DNA of 29,875 bases from Candidatus Aenigmatarchaeota archaeon (GTDB lineage Archaea; Aenigmatarchaeota; Aenigmatarchaeia; CG10238-14): positions 1 to 29,875 of the forward strand of contig JAWBZR010000006.1 of assembly GCA_044343545.1 (NCBI GenBank), given 5' to 3'. The notes under the pieces are model-generated. The model searched no databases, was not told the DNA's origin, and was given only the letters and a program-made list of their open reading frames with translations. The position numbers were made by a program, and so were the translations under genes. Position 1 is the stretch's first letter, and each line of letters begins with the position of its first letter. Positions 1 to 6,471 of this stretch are shown here, piece by piece.

Positions 1-60
1 GACCGACTAACGGACTAGGTCCTGAACCTAGCGCCCTTGGCCAGGCTAGGCGACTCCTGC
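1..60 (-). tRNA. tRNA-Leu(CAG), 5' part; 3' end lies outside the window
   Basis: Reverse complement reads GCAGGAGTCGCCTAGCCTGGCCAAGGGCGCTAGG-TTCAGGA-CCTAGTCCG..., giving a D-arm, anticodon stem CTAGG/CCTAG with anticodon CAG, and the start of a long variable arm. Confidence 0.9.
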
Positions 61-223
61 CTATTAAACTATACAATAACTTAAATTTATCTATATTAGA
101 ATGGGTATGGTGGTAGAATAAACACAATTTCAATGGAGAGAATTCTTCGAAGCATGACACACTATATTTTTCTAATTTTGGCTCTTTTACAAAATCTCGT
201 TGTGAGAAAACAATAAAAGATTG

Positions 224-319
224 TGCAGGGGGAGAGATTCGAACTCTCGAACTCACTAAGAGACAGGATTTCCTCGAGCCACTTAAGTCCTGCGCCTTTG
301 GCCGCTTGGCTACCCCTGC
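224..319 (-). tRNA. tRNA-Leu(TAA) with a 12-nt intron at position 37/38 (intron 270-281)
   Basis: Reverse complement GCAGGGGTAGCCAAGCGGCCAAAGGCGCAGGA-CTTAAG[TGGCTCGAGGAA]A-TCCTG...GAGAGTTCGAATCTCTCCCCCTGCA; acceptor, D, anticodon, variable and T arms all pair; CCA is not encoded. Confidence 0.92.
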
Positions 320-356
320 TTAGATATAATTTAATTTAAAATTTGCCGAGTTAAAA

Positions 357-971
357 TTAAAATTTTATTCTTTCAACATCGCTTGAAAAATCTTTCAACT
401 TTTTATCCAAAACTTTAATTGCTTGCATAAAAACTTGATCTACCTTTAAACCACAAACGCTTTCAATAACAAAAATGTATTTGTTATCTTCATTCTTGTA
501 TCCTACTACTGCCCCTTGCCACTTTGCGTGTTTTCTTCCTATACCTAATTCAGCATACGCTTCCAGTTCAAGCTCTTGCCCTTCAGCCAAATAAACTATT
601 GGTATCTTATCAAAGAGAGGTTTTACCCTATCATCTGTCGTTTTCAAATCACCAGAATAAACCATGCAGGGACCTATTTTTTTCAACGCGAAAGCGACTT
701 GACATCTTGTGCAACCTCTTCCTTCGCAAACACACTCGTCTTTAAAATTGAAATATTCTGGATCGAAAGTAAGGGGTATCAACCCCAACCTATGAGCTAT
801 TATTTCATCCCATAAGACGGAATCATTTATATGAAAATCAACCCATTCTATCGCCATTGTTGGAATTTCTGAAAGCATTATTCTCCTTAACTCGCCGGCC
901 AAGGCCGAATTTATGTTTTCTATTTGAATTCTCATCTTATAATCGTTTTTTTCTATTATCTTTACCTTCAA
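357..971 (-). CDS. rpoD: DNA-directed RNA polymerase subunit D (Rpo3)
   Basis: LRRIMLSEIPTMAIE, DEIIAHRLGLIPL, Cys cluster CVCEGRGCTRC, GRKHAKWQ; TTG start with GGTGG SD-like motif. Confidence 0.95.
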   Translation of the reverse strand: MKVKIIEKNDYKMRIQIENINSALAGELRRIMLSEIPTMAIEWVDFHINDSVLWDEIIAHRLGLIPLTFDPEYFNFKDECVCEGRGCTRCQVAFALKKIGPCMVYSGDLKTTDDRVKPLFDKIPIVYLAEGQELELEAYAELGIGRKHAKWQGAVVGYKNEDNKYIFVIESVCGLKVDQVFMQAIKVLDKKLKDFSSDVERIKF

Positions 972-1141
972 GAAACCACCGAAAATTTTTGTGAATGTTC
1001 AAATATAAATTGATTTAACATTTTTAATTTTTTCTATTGTTTAGACCTTTAAATGCAAAACCCGTGTTTTTCAGTTTTTAGAAAATATACTCAGAAATTT
1101 GATGTTATTTATAAAACAGTGAGGGTAAAAATATTTTCAAT

Positions 1142-1792
1142 ATGAGTAAAATAGAGGGTGTAATAGAATTAGATGGTGTCTTGCTTTTCCCTATTTCATG
1201 GTTAAGCAACAAAAGTTTTTGTGAGTATCAGCTCTACTTGGAAAAAATAAGAAAAATCAAAGTGGACAAGACGATAGAAATGATAATCGGTGAAATTGTT
1301 CATAAAAACATGGAGCAAGAATTTTTGGAAATAGCGAAGAAAGAAATGAGCGTGGAAGATGCTTTGAGAATTTCCAAAGCTGAAGGTGAAAGTTTTTTAA
1401 TAAGAGAACTGAGCATAAGATCTAAAAAATACGGAATATATGGTAAGATCGATGAAGTTCAAATATTTCCCGAAAATATTTTTATAATCGAAGACAAACC
1501 TGGCTATGTAGCTTATAGCAGTATAAAAAAACAAGTTTTAGCGTATTCTCTTTGCATGTTAGACCAATTCAAACCTGACAGGGAAATTTTTAGCGTTCTA
1601 AGGAATAGAGATGATGGTCGGGTATTTTGGCAAGAAAAATTTAATGAGCAATCTATGAATTTTGTTTTGAAAGATATATTAGAAGTTCACGACCTAATAA
1701 GGGGTGTTAGAACGCCTACTTCCACGTTCAACTCAAACAAGTGTAAAAAGTGCAGGTTTAATGGTGTTTGTGATAGGTGCTTAATAAAGTGA
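1142..1792 (+). CDS. cas4: Solo Cas4-family PD-(D/E)XK nuclease with 4-Cys Fe-S cluster
   Basis: N-terminal FCEYQ Cys, G-x-x-x-H, GKIDEV, IIEDK, QVLAY, and C-terminal CKKCRFNGVC. Confidence 0.8.
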   Translation: MSKIEGVIELDGVLLFPISWLSNKSFCEYQLYLEKIRKIKVDKTIEMIIGEIVHKNMEQEFLEIAKKEMSVEDALRISKAEGESFLIRELSIRSKKYGIYGKIDEVQIFPENIFIIEDKPGYVAYSSIKKQVLAYSLCMLDQFKPDREIFSVLRNRDDGRVFWQEKFNEQSMNFVLKDILEVHDLIRGVRTPTSTFNSNKCKKCRFNGVCDRCLIK

Positions 1793-1828
1793 GAGTAAAA
1801 GGCGCCAGCTGGCAAGTGAGAGTTTGAG

Positions 1829-2110
1829 GTGAATTTTAAATTGAAGCAAGAGACGATAAAAAAAATCGGGAAAATACTTCTTGTGCTTAAAGAAAGCGAA
1901 AATTGGATTCATTTGAGAGAAATAAGCAGAAGAAGCGGTATACATCATCAAACAGTCTCTGAAATTTTAGATAAATACTTAAATCAATTTATTTTGACTC
2001 AAAATTTCAATGAATACGGTTTAAGGCTTAAATTAGTTAAATTAAAGGATAAAAAAGTTGATTTAAAAAGTGTTTTATTGTATCTTAAGTATAGGAATAA
2101 AGTTGAATGA
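1829..2110 (+). CDS. Small winged-helix/HTH DNA-binding protein
   Basis: WIHLREISRRSGIHHQTVSEILDKYL HTH signature. Confidence 0.75.
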   Translation: MNFKLKQETIKKIGKILLVLKESENWIHLREISRRSGIHHQTVSEILDKYLNQFILTQNFNEYGLRLKLVKLKDKKVDLKSVLLYLKYRNKVE

Positions 2111-2115
2111 CCCCA

Positions 2116-2198
2116 TGTAATATGTATTACAATACTTTTTATTTTTTCTTTTTAGCTTGTGAAAAGTTTTAAATTTTCTTTTTGTAATAGGTATTACA
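2116..2198. promoter_or_regulatory. Two palindromic operator-like sites TGTAATA-NG-TATTACA (2116-2131, 2183-2198) flanking a BRE/TATA-like box (2161-2174)
   Basis: Both 16-mers have perfect 7-bp arms; the second overlaps the ATG at 2198. Confidence 0.65.
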
Positions 2199-2413
2199 TG
2201 ACGGTCTTGTTGATTTACGATATACCCACAACAAAGAAAAATTTGCTTGTAAGAGTTTGGAGAGAGTTGAAAAAGATAGGGGCTCAGAAGCTCGTGAATT
2301 CTGTTTGGAGTGTTGAAAATGAAATCCAAACAGAAATAATCACAGAAATTAAAAATATGATATTGAAAGCTGGCGGTAACGCAAAAATTGTAAGGGTGGT
2401 TTCTATTGATTAA
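2198..2413 (+). CDS. Small Cas2-like / PaaX-central / ChrB-N-type ferredoxin-fold protein
   Basis: MTVLLIYDIP...RVWRELKKIGAQKLVNSVW matches the YDI...L-x-x-x-G-x-x-x-x-x-SVW pattern; ATG 2198 is preferred over 2159. Confidence 0.65.
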   Translation: MTVLLIYDIPTTKKNLLVRVWRELKKIGAQKLVNSVWSVENEIQTEIITEIKNMILKAGGNAKIVRVVSID

Positions 2414-3371
2414 AGTGTTAGGTATAGAATCAACGGCTCATACTTTTGGTGTAGGAGTAATTGAAGAAAAAAATATATTGTTCGATGAAAAATCTTTTTA
2501 CAAACCTCCTCCTGGGCAAGGGATGTTACCAAGAAAGGTGTTTGAATACCATTCTGACTATGCTCCAAAAATCGTTTTGGACGCATTAAAGTTAGGGGAT
2601 ATCGATGTCGTTGCTTTTTCTCAAGGTCCAGGTTTACCTAATTGTCTCGCACTCGGTGCAACCATCGCAAGATACCTGTCACTTAAATTATCAAAACCGT
2701 TAATAGGCGTAAATCATCCTATAGCTCATGTAGAAATCGGCAAAATGTTAACAGGATGTAAAGATCCTGTCGTCATATATTGCTCTGGTGGAAATACCCA
2801 AATAATTGCATTAACTGGAGGTAGATATAGAATATTTGGTGAAACTCTTGACATACCTATAGGCAATGCTTTTGATGTGCTCGCTAGGATTATGGGTTTA
2901 GAAATGCCTGGTGGTCCAAAAATAGAAGAATTAGCAAAAAATGGTAAGTGGATTGACCTACCTTATGTTGTTAAGGGTATGGATTTTTCCTTTTCTGGCA
3001 TACTTACAGCTTGTGAAAGATTGTATAAAAAGGGGTATAAAAAAGAAGATATAGCCTTTTCATTTCAAGAAACATGTTTTTCTATGTTAATCGAAGCAGC
3101 CGAGAGAGCTTTAGCGCATACAGAAAAAGATGAATTGCTAGTTACAGGTGGCGTTGCCGCAAATAATAGGTTTAAAGAAATGCTTGAAACTATGTGTAAA
3201 GAAAGAGGTGTAAAATTTTATGCTGTTCCTCTTAAGTATGCAGGTGATAATGGAGTGATGATTGCATGGACAGGGTTTCTTATGTTCTCTTGCGGAATAA
3301 CAACAAAAATAAGAGAGAGTGGTATAAAGAAAGATTGGAGAATAGATGAAGTGGACGTGAAGTGGACGTGA
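2406..3371 (+). CDS. kae1: KEOPS tRNA N6-threonylcarbamoyltransferase Kae1
   Basis: LGIESTAHTFGVG, FSQGPG, VNHPIAHVEIG, SGGNTQ, GETLDIPIGNAFD, GGVAAN, DNGVMIAW. Confidence 0.96.
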   Translation: MIKVLGIESTAHTFGVGVIEEKNILFDEKSFYKPPPGQGMLPRKVFEYHSDYAPKIVLDALKLGDIDVVAFSQGPGLPNCLALGATIARYLSLKLSKPLIGVNHPIAHVEIGKMLTGCKDPVVIYCSGGNTQIIALTGGRYRIFGETLDIPIGNAFDVLARIMGLEMPGGPKIEELAKNGKWIDLPYVVKGMDFSFSGILTACERLYKKGYKKEDIAFSFQETCFSMLIEAAERALAHTEKDELLVTGGVAANNRFKEMLETMCKERGVKFYAVPLKYAGDNGVMIAWTGFLMFSCGITTKIRESGIKKDWRIDEVDVKWT

Positions 3372-3378
3372 AGTCGAA
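3346..3378 (+). repeat. 11-bp phased repeat array (A/G)TGAAGTGGAC x3
   Basis: ATGAAGTGGAC GTGAAGTGGAC GTGAAGTCGAA starting at 3346, 3357 and 3368, spanning the kae1 stop codon. Confidence 0.65.
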
Positions 3379-3416
3379 AAAGAAAGATTAAATAATCCTT
3401 GAGAGATATTATTCTT

Positions 3417-4100
3417 ATGAGTCTTAAAAATGCTCTAAAGAAATTGTTAGGTATAAACAGATCATCAACAATTATCAACAGCAATCAACAGCAATTAACA
3501 GCAATTAACAGAAATCAACAGCAATTAACAGAAACTGAAAGCTATAATATAAGGGATTTGCAATATGCTAGAAGGATGGGTCAAATTGAACAAATGGCAG
3601 CGGATTTGGCTCTAATAAAAGAGAAAATAACTTCTCTTGACATAAAATTCGATTTAAGGGTTCCTGATGTCGTTTTAACTGAAAAAAAATTCGATAAAGA
3701 GATTGGATCCAACGAAGATTTTTATAAAGAGTTGGAAGCTATAAGGCAAAACATAGAAATTCTCAAAGAAATTATCAGCAATCAACAGCAATTAACAGCA
3801 ATTAACAGAAATCAACAGCAATTAACAGCAATTAACAGAAATCAACAGATGAAAATATTAGATGATATTAAGAGATCAGCAGAATTTTTGGAGGATAATT
3901 TGAGACAAAAAGAGGTTTTAAAACATTTGGACGATAAAAAATTGAGTAGCGAAGAAATAGGCAACTTGTTAGGAATTTCGAGGAGCAGGGCAAATCAAAT
4001 ATTGTTGGAGTTGGAAAAAAAAGGTCTTGTATATAGGATAAAATATGGCAAAAAAATATTATGGGGAAAAGTTGAAACTAGAACAGCTCGCTCTCGCTGA
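3417..4100 (+). CDS. Coiled-coil protein with N-terminal amphipathic helix, internal NQQQLTAINR repeats and C-terminal winged HTH
   Basis: MSLKNALKKLLG N-terminus; heptad-rich middle; LSSEEIGNLLGISRSRANQILLELEKKGLVYR wHTH; ATG 3417 is preferred over TTG 3399. Confidence 0.8.
   Translation: MSLKNALKKLLGINRSSTIINSNQQQLTAINRNQQQLTETESYNIRDLQYARRMGQIEQMAADLALIKEKITSLDIKFDLRVPDVVLTEKKFDKEIGSNEDFYKELEAIRQNIEILKEIISNQQQLTAINRNQQQLTAINRNQQMKILDDIKRSAEFLEDNLRQKEVLKHLDDKKLSSEEIGNLLGISRSRANQILLELEKKGLVYRIKYGKKILWGKVETRTARSR
3461..3530 (+). repeat. Intragenic tandem array 1: seven 10-bp units, consensus G(C/A)AAT(T/C)AACA
   Basis: ATCATCAACA ATTATCAACA GCAATCAACA GCAATTAACA GCAATTAACA GAAATCAACA GCAATTAACA. 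Confidence 0.95.
3778..3847 (+). repeat. Intragenic tandem array 2: seven 10-bp units, same consensus
   Basis: GCAATCAACA GCAATTAACA GCAATTAACA GAAATCAACA GCAATTAACA GCAATTAACA GAAATCAACA. Confidence 0.95.
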
Positions 4101-4341
4101 CGACTACAAAATCTCCTATGGATTTCACTGCACTAAAAGGTATTAAAAGCCTTCCCTTTTCGTCTTCTTTTAAGTTTAAATCCTTTAAAGCCTTTGTTGC
4201 CCCAGCAACTACTATATTGAGCAACTCGCCGCTTTCGGTTACAAAATCGATATTGCTGACAACACCGAATCTTCTCCCCGTTTCCTCGCTTATTATTGTT
4301 TTTCCAATAACAGATTTTGCCTTAATTCTTGTTTCTGGCAT
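4078..4341 (-). CDS. PRC-barrel domain protein (CdpB-like)
   Basis: IGKTIISEETGRRFGVVSNIDF...SGEL...IPFSAVKSIGDFVVV PRC-barrel pattern; ATG at 4341 follows a GGTGA SD. Confidence 0.85.
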   Translation of the reverse strand: MPETRIKAKSVIGKTIISEETGRRFGVVSNIDFVTESGELLNIVVAGATKALKDLNLKEDEKGRLLIPFSAVKSIGDFVVVSESELF

Positions 4342-4403
4342 TTTTTCATTCACCTTTTAAACTATTTGCATTGATAATAATATATTTTTTACTATTCTTA
4401 AAG

Positions 4404-5468
4404 TCAAGCTTCGGCAAGCATCGTTTTTGCCTTTCCAGATAATGAATAAACAAATTTGTTACCTACCTTCACTCTCTTTATCAAATCCTCTTCCATTAAC
4501 CTCTTTAATATGTTGTTCACAGACCTGATAGCGTGATCTTTCGTCTTATAATCCTTCATATCTATATTTTTCACAATTTCAGTTGGTGAAAGATCTGGCA
4601 TTTTATTTAACAAGTCCAGTATTTCTTTTTGTTTAGGTGTTAACGTGAACTTCATTTGCACTGCTTTAGGTAAGGATTTCATACTAAATATTTCTTCCAC
4701 TAATGAACCGTTTATAGAAGTCAAGTTTCTCGATGCGGCCTCTCTAACTAACTGATCGCAAATCTTGATTATTTCTCTTGGAAATCCTCCCGTGATTTGA
4801 TATATTTTTTTTACGGCATCCTGAGTGAATGGTTTTATGCCCGTGCCACCTGCTCTATCTATTCTCTTTTGTATTAAAGATTCTGTTTCCATTTCAGAAA
4901 GAGACTCTAAATATATTCTGGTATTTATTCTCATAAGCAACGTCGGGAGATCGGCTTCAAGTTTTTTTTCGAAGGTATTTAAGCCTGCAAAAATCATGAC
5001 AAGATTTGGAGTAAGATCGTTTAGAGTTCTCAACCATTCAAGAACTTCTTGGGAACATTCATGCGCCTCATCTATTAAAAAAATTGTTTTTTTCTTTGCT
5101 TTTTTGTTGAGATATTTAGGCAAGTTTTCGATGTTTATTTCTTTATATAAAATCTTGTCTATCAAACTATAACCTAGATGGTGCTTAAAAAGTTTTATTA
5201 AATCTTCTTTGGTCGTCGGAGGTTTTGGAACATAGTAACAAAAGAATTTGTCATAAGCTTTTAACTGAGCCTTGAGCCACAATAGTATAGTCGTCTTGCC
5301 CGCGCCTGTTGGGCCTATAACCATAGCTGCTTTATGCTCATTAAAAACATGATTTAGCAATTGCTCGGTTTGTTGAGAGTAGCCGACCATAAGGTCTGGT
5401 GAAACTGTTAATGTAAATGGATTTCTTGACCATCCAAATACTTTGAAATATTCATATTTTCCTTCCAT
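4404..5468 (-). CDS. ExeA-like AAA+ ATPase with C-terminal winged HTH
   Basis: FGWSRNPF N-terminal motif, Walker A GPTGAGKT, Walker B FLIDEAH, MIFAG, TGGFPREI, C-terminal LTPKQKEIL...SPTEI...NILKRLMEEDLI; ATG 5468 (MEGKY) is preferred over the longer ORF start at 5594. Confidence 0.85.
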   Translation of the reverse strand: MEGKYEYFKVFGWSRNPFTLTVSPDLMVGYSQQTEQLLNHVFNEHKAAMVIGPTGAGKTTILLWLKAQLKAYDKFFCYYVPKPPTTKEDLIKLFKHHLGYSLIDKILYKEINIENLPKYLNKKAKKKTIFLIDEAHECSQEVLEWLRTLNDLTPNLVMIFAGLNTFEKKLEADLPTLLMRINTRIYLESLSEMETESLIQKRIDRAGGTGIKPFTQDAVKKIYQITGGFPREIIKICDQLVREAASRNLTSINGSLVEEIFSMKSLPKAVQMKFTLTPKQKEILDLLNKMPDLSPTEIVKNIDMKDYKTKDHAIRSVNNILKRLMEEDLIKRVKVGNKFVYSLSGKAKTMLAEA

Positions 5469-5560
5469 AAACTTCACGTGGCTTTCACAAACAGTTAATT
5501 TAAGTGATTTTATCAATTTAAATTTTGTGTGAAGTTTACGTGAAATCGACGTGAAGTTAT
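5451..5560. repeat. Oppositely oriented 11-bp phased GTGAA box arrays around an AT-rich spacer
   Basis: TTCA(C/T) at 5451, 5473 and 5484 (minus-strand boxes); GTGAAGTTTAC GTGAAATCGAC GTGAAGTTAT at 5529, 5540 and 5551. Confidence 0.7.
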
Positions 5561-5599
5561 TACTATAAATATTAAGTTTAGAAAAAACAAACATTATTC

Positions 5600-6127
5600 A
5601 TGCCAAGATTATTCGTTTGCGTTTGGATACCTGAAAACATGAAAGCTAACATAATAAAATTTCAAGAAAAAATTTCTCGCTTACCTTTAAAAGCCAAATT
5701 TGTTGAGAAAGAAAATCTTCACCTCACAATAACATTTTTAGGAGAAAGAGAGGATATAGAAGATATAAAATCATCTTTGGAAGGTTTGAAAGGTTTCGGT
5801 ACTTTCAAAGTTTCTTTATCGGGACTAAAAATAATACCGTCTGAAAATTACATAAGAGTTATAGGCGTGAATGTGAAAGATGATGGAAGCTTTTCTAGAT
5901 TAATAAAGATGACAATAAAATTGATAGGTGGCGAGTATTATGAAACAGGCAAGTTAACTCTATGCAGAGTGCATTCAATAAATGAAAAACAAAGTGTGTT
6001 GAATTTTTTAAAAGAAAACAAGGATATAGATTTTGGAAGCTTTGAAGTGGAAAAGATATCTTTAGTCAAAAGCACTTTAACGCCAAAAGGGCCTATATAC
6101 AACACGATATATGAAGTGAATCTGTGA
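5600..6127 (+). CDS. thpR: 2H-phosphoesterase, RNA 2',3'-cyclic phosphodiesterase (2'-5' RNA ligase) family
   Basis: MPRLFV, ENLHLTITFLG, KSTLTPKGPIY; the second HxT motif reads KLT. Confidence 0.85.
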   Translation: MPRLFVCVWIPENMKANIIKFQEKISRLPLKAKFVEKENLHLTITFLGEREDIEDIKSSLEGLKGFGTFKVSLSGLKIIPSENYIRVIGVNVKDDGSFSRLIKMTIKLIGGEYYETGKLTLCRVHSINEKQSVLNFLKENKDIDFGSFEVEKISLVKSTLTPKGPIYNTIYEVNL

Positions 6128-6471
6128 TGAAAGAAAAACATTTCATCATATTGTGTTTTGCTATCTCACTCTTAGGTTTGATGGTCATCTACATTGCAGA
6201 CGAAATGACTCAACCTGAGTGGGTTTCCATATCACAAATAAATGAAGGTAAAAATTACGTTGCATTCAACGCGACGATTATTGGCATAAAAAGAACTGAT
6301 GTAGGCACATTCATAAAGGTTAAGGATAACACTGGAGTCATAGACGTGGTTGTTTTCGACGAAAAAATTAACACAACTGGCTTGAATGCGGGAATGTCTG
6401 TCAAAATAATTGGAAAAGTTCAAAGATATAAAGGAAAGTTGGAAATAATACCTTCAAGCATCTTGAGATAA
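6127..6471 (+). CDS. Membrane-anchored OB-fold protein
   Basis: N-terminal TM helix, then FIKVKDNTGVIDVVVF...GMSVKIIGKVQRYKGKLEI OB pattern. Confidence 0.75.
   Translation: MKEKHFIILCFAISLLGLMVIYIADEMTQPEWVSISQINEGKNYVAFNATIIGIKRTDVGTFIKVKDNTGVIDVVVFDEKINTTGLNAGMSVKIIGKVQRYKGKLEIIPSSILR

Noticed and set aside
134..217. 27-codon ORF between the two tRNAs
   Set aside because: Too short, with no motif or other support
1..1141. Integrated mobile element at the tRNA-Leu genes
   Set aside because: No integrase, transposase or duplicated tRNA 3' end (att site) visible in the window
2114..2200. Mini-CRISPR (repeat-spacer-repeat) interpretation
   Set aside because: Only two 16-bp units, too short, and the 51-bp interval is a T-rich promoter-like sequence; an operator pair is more parsimonious
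3461..3847. Possible CRISPR array near cas4
   Set aside because: Units are contiguous 10-bp tandem repeats with no unique spacers and lie inside an ORF
5469..5594. N-terminal extension of the AAA ORF to 5594
   Set aside because: The family-like N-terminus begins at ATG 5468; the extension covers the repeat-bearing divergent promoter
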